Shown piece by piece: positions 1-13,104 of a stretch of 64,000 nt of DNA; the stretch's first letter is position 1, and each line of letters starts with the position of its first letter. The notes beneath the pieces were generated by a model. It worked only from the letters and a program-made list of their open reading frames with translations, was not told the origin of the DNA and ran no database searches. Source of the stretch: Somniosus microcephalus. Its lineage: Eukaryota. Location of the stretch: the NCBI GenBank assembly GCA_052327205.1, contig CM126209.1, positions 121,396,001-121,460,000 on the forward strand. The letters are read 5' to 3'. The position numbers and the translations under genes were made by a program.

Positions 1-1306
1 TGCATCTTCCACTTTTATTGAGGCGGTGATGCCTTTCAAGGTTCCTAGTTTCTCTTGAAACACTTCTTTGGCGTTGGCCAAGATGTCTTTTAATCGTTCA
101 GGTATGGCGTCATCATCGTTTTTTTTCTTACTGGTCACCGTCAGTGCCTGAATGGAGTGCCAGTCTAAACATATTTTCCTGATCCATTCACGTCCCAACA
201 GCGGTGGACCACCATCTTGTAGAATGTATAAATACAACTTTTGTATTTCCTTGCCATTGTATACAACAGGCACCCTTATTTTTCCTTTGGGGTATACTTT
301 CTGCCCCGTATATGTTTTCAAGATAATGGATGTGTCTTTTAAAGGTATATGCGGAAATAGCCGCTCATAATCCCGTCGATTTATGACAGTCAGAGCTGAT
401 CCTGTATCTAGCTCCATTTTAACTGGGACCCTGCTATCGTGAGGGTAACCCAAATGGTCTGGTAATCATCTTTGGCAATTACATTATGTAATTTGAGACA
501 GCTTAGTCTCTTGTTTTCGGAGTCGCTATCGCTCTTCTGGTCTTCGGAGCTACTGTCCGTCATCATTTGTACCTTTCTGTACTTTTCTTTATTGATTTTT
601 CTTTCCTGTCTGTGGATTTTTTTTGTCCAGATTGGCATACCCGTGCAATGTGTCCAATCTTTCCGCATTGCCTGCATGCTTTGTCCTTGAACCAGCAGTC
701 CCTCTGGTCATGGGTGGATCTGCCGCAGCGATAACATCTCTCGAAGCCCTGTGTCATTTCATGGGTGCCGAAGTCCTGTGTCTTTTGTTGTATCTCTGCA
801 GCTCCTCTTGCGGCTGCTTCGTATGATACAGCCATACTGAGAGCCTTGTCCAGTATTAAATCTTTTTCAGAAAGCAGCCTTTTCTGTGTTCCTTCACTTA
901 AGAGACCGCAGACGAATTTGTCTCGAAGATAATCTGCTAGTCCTGCCCCGAATTGGCAGTGTTTTGATAGCTTTCTTAATTCGGTGAGGTAATCAGCGTT
1001 ACTTTCATTCTTGTGTTGATTTCTCTTGAAGAATTTGAATCATTCCGCTATCAGCAGCGGTGTTGGGTTTAAGTGCTCCTGTAGGGTATCAACAATTTCT
1101 TTAAAATTCTTGTCCTTTGGTTTGGCTGGAGTGATTAAATTTCGTAACAGCCCGTATGTCTTTGCGCCCATTAGCTTTAGTAGTACTGAAGCTTTTTTTT
1201 CATCTTCTTTTCCATTTGCGGTGCAATATACCTCCACTCTTTCCACATATGTGGTCCAATCCTCTATCTCGTTATCAAAAGCATCAATATTGCCAGACTT
1301 AGGCAT
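1..1306 (-). pseudogene. gag-pro(-pol) of Gypsy element, disrupted
   Basis: ATG at 1306 (MPKSGNIDAFD); premature stop near 1040 and frameshift near 620 relative to the copy at 54134+. Confidence 0.9.
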
Positions 1307-1759
1307 CCTAGAAAAAAAATGGCGCTTCCCGCGCTTTGCTTTCTTTTCTGCAGTAAAGATATGGTGCTTCCCGCGCTTCCCCGCCGCTGCTGCCGATGAC
1401 AACGCTGTTTCCCGCGGTTTCCGTTCTTTTTATTTATTTATTTACAGTTGGAGACTCGTTCCCGCCGGACTCTCTCTCTAGGTCTGAACGCCGACCTGCT
1501 CGCAGCGCCGGCCGTCTCCCGAGTGTTCCCTCCCCGTCTGTTACTGCTTGCCTCTGCTTTCGCTGCTTGGCCCAGCTGTAGAGCCAGCCGCTGGAGCCCC
1601 AGCCCGACGCCCAGGAAGGATTATTGCAGTACCTGCCACCAGCTTGGCTAGCTGGTGAAACTACAGCTTTTTCTTTTTCTTGATTTTTCTTCAACTTTGG
1701 ACGCCAGAGGAATCGATGTCCTTGAGGTGCTGCCGAATTGCAGGTAAGTCCGTTTCCAA

Positions 1760-1769
1760 TTCGTCGCCA
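1760..1769 (-). promoter_or_regulatory. Primer-binding site TGGCGACGAA (tRNA-Ser(GCU)-type)
   Basis: Directly after the LTR; complementary to the 3' end ...TCGTCG-CCA of vertebrate tRNA-Ser(GCU). Confidence 0.7.
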
Positions 1770-1770
1770 C

Positions 1771-1947
1771 TGTTGTGTCTGTGTGTTGATAGAGACACTG
1801 AAGACAGGAGTTGGTTTCATAGGTGTTTACTAAACAAAGTCTGGAGGGGAACTAACTGATACAACACAATATACAGGCTTATATAGCCCGAGTGACCATT
1901 ACCGGCATTACAGTACACATGGGGCTCTTAAAGGCACATACACTACA
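1771..1947 (-). repeat. 5' LTR (177 bp) of the Gypsy element
   Basis: TG...CA termini on minus strand, TATATAA box, colinear similarity to LTR 53270-53460. Confidence 0.85.
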
Positions 1948-2539
1948 GCAGAGGCTGGAAAATCACTGTGACGGGCTCTCTTACGATGAGGAAGCAGAGA
2001 AGCCCTCTGTTCTGGCATGTCCAGGTAGGTGCAGTGGGGTCTGTAAATCTCACTCAAGTTTCACTGGTGGGTAGCCTGGAGTCAGGCTCACAACTCTCTC
2101 ATTGGGAGTTGAATGCTCAGACTTTGGGGATGCTTTTTAGTCCCCCATTTATCAGTGGAGAAAGTTGTCTGAGGAGTAAACCCCATTTTGTTTTCAAAAT
2201 ATCCCCTGTGGAGCCAGAGGTCTCCACTGTGTAGCAGTGAAACTGAAAGTTAATTTAGATAATAGTATTGACTTCAGAGGAAGGGATACAGTATAAAGGA
2301 GGCAGCGCCTGATACCGAGATACCCCGCGCCCCACGAGATCAGTTTCCAAGGAGGGTCCACAAGCTAAGCACCTGTGGCTGCAAGTAAATGGGTGAACGT
2401 GTAGCCGCTGTGCTGGCATGGTTAGGCTCCTTCCCTCTTCCCCTCATACAGGCTAGAAATGTTTTCCAATGCAAGGGGAAGACGTACAATCAGAAACTTC
2501 AACTCACAAATGCGACATCTGAGCAACTACTCACATGTA

Positions 2540-3381
2540 GGGGTCGATTTTCATTGACCCGTGGAGTCGAGATTGGAGGCGTGCGGGGGTTAAAGTCCCA
2601 AATTTGGGGGTCCCGACACCATCCCGCCCCCAACCTGCCTCCATGTAAGTTTCAAAGGAGGCGGGTACCCGCCCCACACTGGGACCCGCCTACCCGAGGC
2701 GGGAAGGGATTAGTGCCAATTAACTGCCTGTTAACAGGTAGTTAACAGGCAGTTTTTAGCCTAATCCCTATTTTTAAGCTTGAACTGTGGGATTCCCGAC
2801 GGCTCCAAACCACGCCAAGTTAGAGGAGTTGGGCCGTCGGGTTGAAGGACTTGGAGGGGTCGGGATTTCGGTGTTCAGGTGAGTGATGTGTGCATGAGTG
2901 CAAAGGTAAGTGTGTTTGGTGTGTCTAAAGTGTGTAAAGAAGTTTAAATTACCTGTACTTACCTTTACAGCCTTCCTTCCTCTAGGCTTCGGGAGTCCAT
3001 CATCTAACCGGCACAGAAAGCAGAATGGCTGCGAACTGTCAAAAGTGACAGCCTGCAGCTTTCTGTGCAGGTGAGATTTCTAACTGAGTCTGTGTAGAAG
3101 GACTCAGGTTAGAAGTAAGACTGTCAGTGTTTGACAGCTTCAAACAGCTGTGAAACACTGATATTTCATCTGTCAAAACGTCTTGACAGATGAAATTTCA
3201 GTCTGTGACGTCACCTGTTGCTGGGTAGCCCTTAATTGGCCTGCTGAGCTCGCTGGGCGGGCTCAACAAGGTCAATCAAGTTAAAATCGCGTGGATTGGC
3301 CGCATCTCGATGGAGGCAGGACTACAACCCCGAAAATTGTAGTCCCGCCTCCTTCCCGACTTCTGAATGAAAATCACCCCC
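2540..3381. mobile_element. Non-autonomous PIF/Harbinger-type MITE
   Basis: 16-bp TIRs GGGGTCGATTTTCATT / AATGAAAATCACCCCC; 3-bp TSD GTA on both sides. Confidence 0.8.
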
Positions 3382-4260
3382 GTAATCTCCCAGCATGCAC
3401 AGGTGCTTCCGTTGCCGTCAGTAGGCTACATCTGCCCGATACTGTAATTCAGGGTACCACCAGCTGCATAGCCCACCTACACACTTGCCTTGATCATCAG
3501 GAGAGCAAGCAATAATTTCTAATGATACAATGGCAAAAGCACTGGTGGTTGTCTGACCAGGAGAATCACAGGATGGCAGAGATATCACATAAGAATCTGT
3601 TTCAAGCAAATGCCAAAGTTATATAGTCTGAGAAACTATTCTCTTTAATATTGAATCATCATACTTCAAACCGTCTATCAAGTGAACAGCAGCTGTTCTT
3701 CCTGTAACATTTAAGTAATTGCACAGTGTCCCTCTACATGTCCTTTAAACTGCTGCATACAATTATGCAGTATCTTTTTTTATCATTATATTCCCTGTTT
3801 GAACAAAGGCTTAATATTCAATGCTAAACCTCTTCAAAATGAATGCTTAATGCAACACATGAGTGTAATTCAAGTAGAAAGTGGTGAAAATGAAATCTGG
3901 GTCAGTGTGAAAGATACAGCTTCCTGCAGTTTGCAAAGGGCCTGTAGTTTCTCATGGCTGTTTATCCTGCTGTTGCCCAGCTTCTACCCTCTGCCTAATG
4001 AGATTTTGGATTGTCTAATTTAGCCATTACAGCTTCTTTAAATCTATTCCGCTCTTCATCCACAGATTCCCTTTCTAGACACAGCAGTGTAGCAAAGTGC
4101 TCACCAATCATCGGTTAGTAAGCCAGGGACTCATGCGGAGTCTTTCACCTTCTCCAAATCACGTTCTCTTGTTCGGTTCTTTCTTTACCTTAGCCTGAGA
4201 TAAAATCTTCTGACAAATTCATGGCCCCATTTTAGATCTGCTCTCCTTGTTAGTCAGACA

Positions 4261-4639
4261 TAGAGTTGCCAACCCTGGTTGGACGTATTCCTGGAGGTTT
4301 CATCACATGACCTCCCACCTCCAACCGCCCCACCCCCATACTCCTGCCATTGGTCGCCCGACACGTCCATCCTTGCGGCGTACCGCCTCCCCACGGCCAA
4401 TTGGGAAACAGGCAGATTCTTTGTTTCCCGATGGATGATTCTTAACTCTCAGTCGAACAGCTTTGTTTCCCTATCTCCAATATTTTTATAACCAATAAGC
4501 AAAAGGAAATTAAAAATAACCACAATTTTTTTTTAAAAGCCCAATGATTTTCTCCCAGGGTTTGCTCACAGCAGTGTCCTGGAGAATAATCTTCAATTCC
4601 TGGAGAATCCAGGTCAATCCTGGAAGGTTGGCAACCTTA
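4261..4639. mobile_element. Non-autonomous hAT MITE
   Basis: TIRs TAGAGTTGCCAACC / GGTTGGCAACCTTA; 8-bp TSD GTCAGACA/GTCAGGCA; related inverted copy at ~45615-45975. Confidence 0.8.
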
Positions 4640-4821
4640 GTCAGGCATCAAGGAGTAATCTTCGGAAGTGGGAATGGGCCCACATCACAAAACTGTTCCT
4701 AATTTAGCACAAATTAACATGCTCATTCCAAGAGGTCACAAGGTGGCTGGTTTAGAAAATGGAAAGTTCACATTCTTATGCAGTAGGTTGTGTTCTTCTG
4801 AGGCAGGGGCTGAGAGACAGC

Positions 4822-5594
4822 GGGCCAAATCTTGCTGGAGTGAGGCATCTCACGGGCGTGCCATTAGTTAGACTTTTTCCTGCACCCTTCAGTTCAAAAT
4901 TCTTTTGCACTGTAACTTGCTGGAAATGCGACCTGACAACGAGGCATCTCTGGGGTCTTAGTAAACAATGGAACCAACAGTGTATCTCCTTAACCAATGA
5001 CATTTAAGGATTGAGAAAGAAACAGAGGAACAGCAGAGAAGGAAATAGGGTGAATTCATGTCAAATCAGGTACAGAAAGAAAAATAAAGAGGGAAAGAAA
5101 AATTGGATTAAGAGAGAGAAAAAAAGAGACGGGAAGAAAAAGTAAGAAAAAAATGTACACATTTTAAATCTTAAATTTTAAAAATCTCTAAGAACAATTT
5201 ACTACATGCAGGAATGAAACTCAACAGTTTAAATTGTTCCTTTTCTGGGTGGAGAGATTGATTGGCATTGCATTAACAATTATCATGTCATTAAAAGGAT
5301 ATTTATGCTATTAATTATGAGCCCCAACTTTCCATGATGAGTTTAATTGGCAATTAATGTGCAAATCCAGCAAGTTCTTAAAAATAACGGGGCGGCTAAG
5401 GGCGAAATGTCATTAGTATGAAGCAAACAGTGGAGCAGTGTAAATCGATCAGCAAGTTCTGGAGATTTCATCAAGTTCTGGTGACTCACAACTCATGCCG
5501 CATCTCTTCATTCGCTGAACTTGCTGGCCGATTTGCGCATTAATAATGGTGTGCCTCATTAATATACCATTATTTTTCCAGCGGGATTTGGCCC
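4822..5594. mobile_element. Harbinger-like MITE, degenerate
   Basis: TIRs GGGCCAAATCTTGCTGG / CCAGCGGGATTTGGCCC; TSD not clear. Confidence 0.6.
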
Positions 5595-6109
5595 ATTGTT
5601 GGGACAGAGTAGAAGAAGCTTCATTCCGTGTCTAACCATATCCAAGCTAGGAGCACTTGATGCTGTCACTGGGTGCCCAAAATTGAAAGCGTTCCATTCA
5701 CCTTACTACATTTCCGTTTCTCGCACCAGCCATTCTGTTGCTTCTCGAAGTGAGACAATTTAAGAAGCTTCTTTGACTGTAAAGTTCTTCTCAGTAGGTT
5801 CACACTGCACCAGCACCATGAGTTTAATGTATATCAAGCTGAGTTTCACCATCAATAATCTCTTGTGACACGCTCATTCCTAGCAGACAGACATTAGCTT
5901 TACTGTTCATTGTTTCTTAATACTGGCCACTCTTTTTCTAAATGGATGAAGTTCCATTCTCGGATTGGCACTCTGTTCTTTACAGAACACCTCACTTTTG
6001 AAATATCAGCACTATCGCATTGGTCTCTGCTAGCTTCTCCTACCTGTTGGTTAACCTCTTGGCACTAGCAGTAACATGCATGTTAATTGAGCCCAGTCTC
6101 AAGTGAAGC

Positions 6110-6735
6110 TTTGGTCCCTTTATATCTCGAGGATTACAATACTATGGGGTAGAAGTTATGCTGCAGCTATACTAAACCCTGGTTAGACCACACCTGGAAT
6201 ACTGTGAGCAGTTCTGGGCACCACACCTTAGGGAGGATATATTGGAGGGAGTGCAGCGTAGATTTACCAGAATGATACCAGGAATTCAAGGGTTAATTTA
6301 CGAGGAGAGATTACACAAATTAGGGTTGTAATACTTAGAAATTAAAAGGTTAAGGGGTGATCTGATCGACGTTTTCAAGATATTAAGGGGAACAGATAGG
6401 GTAGATAGAGAGAAACTATATCCGCTGGTTGGGGATTCTAGGATTAGGGGGCTTAGCCTAAAAATTAGAGACAGACCTTTCAGGAGTGAAATTAGGAAAC
6501 ACTTCTACATGCAAAGGGTGGTAGAAGTTTGGAATTTTCTTCCACAAATGGCAATTGATGCAAGATCAATTGTTAATTTTAAATCTGAAATTGATATATT
6601 TTTGTTAACCAAAGGTATTAAGGGATATGGGGCAAAGGCAGGTATATGGAGTTAGGTCGCAGATCAGTCATGATCTCATGGAATGGCAGAACAGGCTCGA
6701 GGGGCTGAATGGCCTACTCCTGTTCCTATGTTCCC
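6110..6735 (+). mobile_element. CR1 LINE 3' fragment
   Basis: Degenerate [13 protein letters not shown] and RGDLI RT C-terminal motifs; 3' end GGGGCTGAATGGCCTACTCCTGTTCCTATG. Confidence 0.85.
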
Positions 6736-6859
6736 AGAATCTAGCCCAATATATTTCCAAGGTTTTCACTCTTGGATGCTAGCACACATCATTGTCGAAA
6801 GATTCTTCTTAGCCATTGAGGGGCCATGTAGGCCTGGGAAGCTTTCACATTTTAATTTA

Positions 6860-7125
6860 TTTTTCATTCATTCTCAGGATATGGGCGTCACTGGCAAGGC
6901 CGATATTTATTGCTCAGTTACCCTTAAGAAGAGGATGGTGAGCCTTTTTCTTGAGCCTCTCAAATCTGTGTGGTGAAGGTGCTCCACAATGTTGGTAGGT
7001 AGAGAGTTCCAGGATTTTGACCCAGCGACGATGAAGGAACGGCGATATATGTCCAAGTCGGGATGGTGTGTGACTTGTAGGGGAATTTAGAAGTGATGCA
7101 CCTGCTGCCATTGCCCTTCTAGGTC
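6860..7125 (-). mobile_element. CR1/L2-group LINE 3' fragment (second family)
   Basis: Ends ...KKKAHHPLLKGN; homologous plus-strand copy at ~43250-43530 (KSWNSLP). Confidence 0.65.
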
Positions 7126-7772
7126 TTAGAGTCATAACAGCATAGAAGGAGGCCATTCAGCCCATCGAGTCCGTGCCAGCTCTCTGTAGAGCAATCCAGT
7201 CAGTTCCAGTCCCCCGCTCTATCCCCGCAGCCCCGCACGTTTATTTCCCTCAATTACCTGTCCAGTCTCCCCTTGAAAACATTGAGGGGGAAAAATCCAG
7301 TTGATTAGCGCCTCCCGTTAGCGCCCTAAGAGGGCGCTAGCGGGGCGCAAAGCAACTAGCGCCCGGGCAAGGCGATGTTTGCGCCGCTCGCGAAATCGAC
7401 CAAACATTTTGCGGCGCCGTTAAACACTACCGCCACGATCTCCTGCGCCCGCAGATTGTGACGTCAGTCGAGCGTGCAACGCCCCAGTAGCGCCCCGGAC
7501 CGGATATTGAGTGGCGCCCCCTGCCTTTCCACCTGCTGCTAGCAACGACAGATAGAGGGGAACGTTTTTGCAGTCGGGAAGGGTCTGGGGGAGCACTATT
7601 TAAAGGCGGTCGCTTCCTGCCTTTTTTTGTCGGCGACATTTTTACACCAGGCAGTCTGAGAGAGAGAGACTTCTGGAACGATTCAACGCTGCGTGAAGGA
7701 GTTTTGGGTACTGAGCAGCACTCTGCAGGTTCATTTTGATTTGACCTTCATTGCAGCGATTTAGAAGAGACT

Positions 7773-8951
7773 GTGGGGGCTGCACTGATTCGGGGCGTCG
7801 TCCTGCACCTGCAGAATCGGAGGCAGCAGAGACGCAGAGAGAGAGTGGCAAACATGGCCAGAGGGAGGAGGGCCAACAGGCCTCTGCACAGCAGACCTTA
7901 CCCTCCCAGGGTATTCCGGGAGCAGTTCTCCTACATTCATTTGTCTGAGGAGCAGTGTTTTTCGCAGGCTGCGCTTCAGCAAGGAGGTGGTCACTGAGCT
8001 CTGCCACCTGCTGCAACCAGATCTGCAGCCTCAACTGAGGACCAGGACGTCTCTGTCGGTGGCAGTGAAGGTGAAAGTTGCTCTGAATTTTTATGCTAGC
8101 AGCTCCTTTCAAGCATCTACTGGGGACATCGCCAATATCTCCCAGTTCGCTGTCCATTGTTGTATCCGAGAGGTGACAAAGCCCTGTATAAAAGGAGACA
8201 TCAGTACATCTCTTTCCCCATGACCCGGGCCAAACAGCATGAACGCGCATGTGGCTTTGCTAGGATAGCAGGCTTCTGCATGGTGCAGGGCGCCATTGAC
8301 TGCACGCATGTGGTATTGCGGGCACCGCATGAAAATGCAGAGGTATTCTGAAACCGCAAGGGCTACCACTCCTCAAATGTGCAGTTGGTCTGTGACCACA
8401 GACAGCTCATACTCGCCGTCAATGCCCGCTATCCTGGCAGCAGCCACAATGCTTTCAGCCTGTGCCAGACTGGTGTGCCAGACCTTTTCCAGGCACCGCA
8501 TCACCCAAGTGGATGGCTCCTCATGGACAAAGGTTATCCATTCTGCACCTGGCTGATGACACTGCTCCATAACCCCAACACCTCTGCCGAGCTGCGGTAT
8601 AATGAGAGCCATATCACCAGAAACATAATTGAGCAGACGATTGGCATGCTCAAGCAACGGTTCCGCTGTCTGGACCACTCAGGAGTCGTCCTGCAGTACT
8701 CTCCTGAGCGAGTCTCCCTCTTCATAGTTGTGTGCTGCATGCTTCACAACCTGGCAATCCTGAGGACCCAGCCAATGCCACCAGGGATTTGTGCACCACC
8801 TGAGGAGGAGGAGGAGGAGGAAGAGAAGGAGGAAGAGGAGGAGGAAGAGGATGAGGAGGATGATCAGCAGCAGCACCAACGTGGGAGGGAGGCACACAAT
8901 GTTGCCAATGCAAGGGCAGTCCGTGAACGGCTGATAAGAAGCCGCTTCTAG
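7773..8951 (+). pseudogene. Harbinger DDE transposase (HARBI1-like), frameshifted
   Basis: Motifs VQGAIDCTHV, NARYPGSSH, LLMDKGY, RNIIEQTIGMLKQRFRCLD, CCMLHN and an acidic tail, spread over several frames. Confidence 0.9.
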
Positions 8952-9219
8952 GCCCCTACTCAGAAGATGGCTTCTGGCATGGAGAACATCATGGAAAGCA
9001 ACCCGCACCCCCTATTGCCGGCCAAAGCTGGAATGATTGCAAAGGCCAAAAATGTACATTTTGAATATAACAACTTTTTTCTTTAACAAATTCTGTATGT
9101 GTCATTTATTCAGGACAAACAATTAGAAACAAACACAACAAATCATGAATTAACAGAACTGGTTCTCACAAGATGGAGATAAACGGCAAAACAGTAAACA
9201 AATGTAAACAAACGAACCT

Positions 9220-10686
9220 TGTAAGATTCGCAAAGTTTGTGTATTTCCCCGAAGGTTATTATCGATAAAAGGGACCCTGTGTGGACATTTCTTTGAAATT
9301 AAAAAGCGTGTCCAAGATGGCGTCCGTGCTTCGTGGCAGAAAGCCTGCGGGTCTCCAAAATGGATTCTGCAACCCAGGCTGTTTGAGGTAAATCGAAACT
9401 AAGGCTGCAGGTTTCCTGTGAACAGAACTTTGTGATTTGGGACCCAGACAAACTGTGAATTATGTATTAGGCCGAATCAGAGGCAGATCTGAATTCAATG
9501 AGGCCTACAGTTGAAGCCATCAAACAGTCTGCATACATAATCAGAAACAGATTAAACACATCCATCGAGGCTGGACAAGCCCATCAAGGACTTTCAGGAC
9601 AATACGAGTCCATTATCGGGCTGGTAGAAGCAATTACCGGCCAGCTAAAAACCCGTCAGTATAGATTGCTACCATTATTTTAACTAGCCCGCCAAAAATA
9701 AAACAAAAAACTAACCTGATTTGGCAGGCAGATAAGGTTTTTCGACAAAGGTATCATTGAAGGCCCCCAGGTAGCAATTGGGGGTAGTCGTTGGAAGAAG
9801 AAGACTGCTGCTCGGCTGCTGTCGGTATCGCCGCTCCCCGGTCCTTCGGCCCCTCACCCTCGTGGCTGCCGCCCATTCCCCCGTCCCGCGCTTACCCCCT
9901 GGCCTTTGCCCGTGCCCTCTCCAACTCCATCTAGACTCGCCCCGACACCGGGTTGGGCGAACACGGGCAATTCAGGCCGGGCGAAGCGGGACGCGACGAG
10001 GGGAGGAGGAGGAAGACCACCCGGGGAAGGCCAACTGAGGGTAGGCTTCGAATTATTGGGCCTTCAGCCTCAGCTGACCTGCGAGTATCTTCATGCAAAC
10101 TCAAGCTGTCGGCGAAGAATCATCCCTGCAAAGTAAAGTACCCAAGCAGAGACTGTAACTTTGGGGTACTCGAACCTGGACAACGCCCTTGCAGCACCCG
10201 GAGCCCATGTGATGACGGCAGGCTCCAGAGAGCACCGAGAGCGAACCCCGAACCCAACCGCTGTTTTGAGTCTAACAAACCCTTTTGATTGGTGAGCATG
10301 AATTCTGACCCCTCATAGATTAACCTAGTTAGGTATAGGGGGTGGGATAAGGATAAGGGGATTGTTAAGGTAGTTGTTTTTCCCTCGACGTGCCGTGTGT
10401 TCCCCATCCCCTGTATAAGTATAGTATTATTATGACTCTCTTGTAATTTTTGCCTGTAGAAGTGTACACTAATAATTTTCCATAAGATTGTATCAAGTTT
10501 TCCTCTTCAATAAAATCTTGGTTTTGTTTGCATCCAACCACCTGTCTACTCGAGTCTTCTCCGTATCGCTGCCTGTATCTAAGTCCGGTGTCCAGAACCC
10601 AGGGGGCGAGCGATTCAAACCGCTCAAGGAGGGTAGTCAGAGGCAAAGCTGACGGACCCGAACACGCCTGTGCAAAACCCCCTACA
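9220..10686 (+). mobile_element. Solo LTR (1467 bp) of an ERV or LTR retroelement
   Basis: TGTAAG...CCTACA termini, 4-bp TSD ACCT (9216-9219, 10687-10690), AATAAA at 10508. Confidence 0.8.
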
Positions 10687-10731
10687 ACCTTGACTTTTAC
10701 TACAAACATTCCCACCATTTATTTAGACCTC

Positions 10732-12050
10732 CTACTGTTTGCCCTTCGAGGATGATTTAAATCCCCTGCGCACTTCCCCCCTTCCCACCCTACTGCTCCT
10801 CTGTAATGGGGCCCCAGTGGCTGCAGCAAGGCTGGTGGAAGACTGCTGAATGTCAGATGGTGAGACTACAGATGCCCTTGAAGGATGCCCTCGACCAGCT
10901 CTGGGCCTGGAGGCCCCGGCTGCAGACTGCACCAACTCTGCATGGGCGGCCGCAGTCTGGGTTGGCTGTGTTGCAGGCAGTGGCAGGTGCAATGGGGAAG
11001 TGCCAGTGGTGGGAGCAGGAATGCTGTAAATCTGAGAGAGGACAGGATCTTCCTGCTTGACCGACGCATGGGCACTCCCACGGGGCGGTACCTCAGCATC
11101 CAGAGCAATCTGCTTGAGCACAGATTGCTGGCCTGCTGCGGCACCGTCAGAGCCCCAGGGCAATGTGGCCGTCCCAGCGACGATAGCAGCAGTCAGTGCT
11201 TGTGTGACATCAATCTGAGACTGCATGAGAGCAGTCTGAGACTGGATGGCGCCAGCCAATGACTATATTGCAGCACTAAGCCGTTGCGTTGCGTCAGCCT
11301 GTGCTACAGTGGACTGCTGCACAATCCTAGCCAGTCCATCAATGTTTTCGGGCACCCTTGCCATTGCACCCATGAGCTCAGTGTGCATGCTCAAGGCCAG
11401 GCTATTCATGGCCGCGATGTCGAGGTCCTCATCCGAGTCCTGTACAGCAGGACTCGTTTGCCTACTCGCCCTTCGGTGAGCTGGCCCCCGAGCTTCCCTA
11501 CCCCCATGGCGTTGCTGCAGCCCACTGGGTCCCGGAGCTTCGCCCTCATCAGACCCTACCCCCCGCTCCCCTCCAGGGAAGGCGTGGTCCCAGTGTTGGC
11601 ATGGGCTCCCTCGGGAGATGCAGGCGCTGCGGCTCCGGCTTCCTCTTCCTCTTTGCTTGGGGCGTCGCTGCCACTGGTAGGTTGAGGGACAGGCTGGTCA
11701 GCTGGTGGTTCACTATCTGAAAGCAGGGAGGTACAAGAGTGGCTTTAGCGTCAGGACAGGGGGCAGTAAGGGAGCAAGGACTGGAGACATTTAGTAAGTT
11801 GGATTGAAAGTGTAAAAGGCTGGTGTTGTGAGGAGCAAATGGAATGAGAGAGGAGAGAAAGCTGATGAACATACCATTGCTGTCCCCAAGGGGGTCGACC
11901 TCTCCAGCAGCCACGGCACCTATGACCTGGCTGGCAACGATCCTGTGCACTCTGTGGCTAGAGAACAGCCCGTCGCCGCTCCACAGCGCCAACCAGAGCT
12001 GCCAACGTCTGGTCGCTGAAGTGCTGAGCTCTTTCCCTGGGCCTATCCAT
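10732..12050 (-). pseudogene. Harbinger Myb/SANT-like DNA-binding protein gene, decayed, probably intron-containing
   Basis: MDRPRERAQHFSDQTLAALVGAVERRRAVL at 12050; low-complexity Ala/Ser/Pro-rich C-terminal ORF 10732-11259; position opposite the transposase. Confidence 0.65.
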
Positions 12051-13104
12051 TGGTGGTTCCAGCACAATTGATGTACAGGTCTCTCCAGGCTGAGATTCAA
12101 GGCTACAATGAGCAGGGTGTAGCTGGACAGCAACATCGACCCTCCCCTTTAAGAACTGGCAGTGCCAGTCTGTCTGTGTTCCATTGCTAACTGACATCAC
12201 ATGTGCTTCGGCAGCGCTCTGAGGTAGCGCTTTGCTCCTCGACGTTAGTGCCTTAAGACAGGTGTGTAGCACCTGATTTGGCGCTCAAATCACCTCCAGG
12301 CGTGATAGAGGCCAAGTTTGCAGTTGGAGGTGATAATTAGCGCCGGGCGCTAAACATTGCGCCCAGCCGATAATAGCGCCCCAAACGGGGAAATATCGAA
12401 TTTCTCCCCGAGTGTCTCCACCTCCACCACTTCCGTCGACAGCGAATTCCAAGTCATCACCACTCGTTGCGTAAAAATGTTTTTCTCACGTCCCCCCTGT
12501 ATCTCTTGCCCAAAACCTTAAATCTGTGACCCCTAGTCCTTGTACTATCAACTAATGGGAACAGCCTTTCTCCGTCTAGCCGATCCAGACCCGTCAAAAT
12601 CTTGTACACCTCTATCAAATCACCCTTCAACCTCCTTTGCTCTAATGGAAACAAATCCAGCTTCTCCAACCTGTCCTTGTAGCCAAGATCGCCCATCCCC
12701 GGAACCATTCTGGTAAATCTCCTCTGCACCCTCTCAAGGGCCTTCACATCCTTCCTAAAGTGTGGTGACCAGAACTGGACGCAATACTCCAGTTGTGGCT
12801 GAACCAGCGCTTTATAAACTCCCAGGTCCCTCTGCCCCTGCACACTCTTTAAAACGGTGCCATTAAGTGTATAAGGTAGTGGAGGTCGCCAAAGTAATCC
12901 TTTGGTTTAAGAGTGTCCAAGCTTTTTGTCTTCTTTAGCTGTTTATTTTGGAGCCTTGCAGACCTTATGTAAAGTTTAAATCAATGTGCGGCTACTAGTT
13001 AATCTTAGCTTTTGCATTTTCCACCAATGAGGCAACAGAGCAAAGAACTGCCCTTTCCAAACCTCCAGTCCTACAAAATTCAAATAGAACAAAACAATGA
13101 GTAA

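Larger units (their letters stand above)
1..1947 (-). mobile_element. Ty3/Gypsy (Mag-type) LTR retrotransposon, 5' part (runs off the window start); same family as 53270-58370
   Basis: 5' LTR 1771-1947 (TGTAGTG...CAACA on minus), PBS next to it, Gag with CCHC knuckles (CYRCGRSTHDQRDC, CRQCGKIGHIARVC) and protease region near-identical to the 54134-58079 ORFs. Confidence 0.95.
7287..12409 (+). mobile_element. PIF/Harbinger DNA transposon with convergent transposase and Myb-like genes, decayed
   Basis: TIRs GGGGAAAAATCC / GAATTTCTCCCC; 3-bp TSD GAG (7284-7286, 12410-12412). Confidence 0.92.
7130..12875 (-). mobile_element. CR1 3' fragment split into 7130-7286 and 12410-12875 by a Harbinger insertion
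   Basis: ORF 12457-12843 (QLEYCVQFWSP...[11 protein letters not shown]...GDLIEVYKI); the CR1 3' UTR continues at 7130-7286. Confidence 0.85.

Noticed and set aside
4130-4195. Minus-strand KVKKEPNKR after a CAG acceptor, resembling the last STK32A exon
   Set aside because: Stops follow within a few codons, the phase is unclear and the preceding exon was not found
12990-13075. Good minus-strand acceptor (TTTTGTAG) with a short open frame
   Set aside because: No similarity to STK32 or other known proteins
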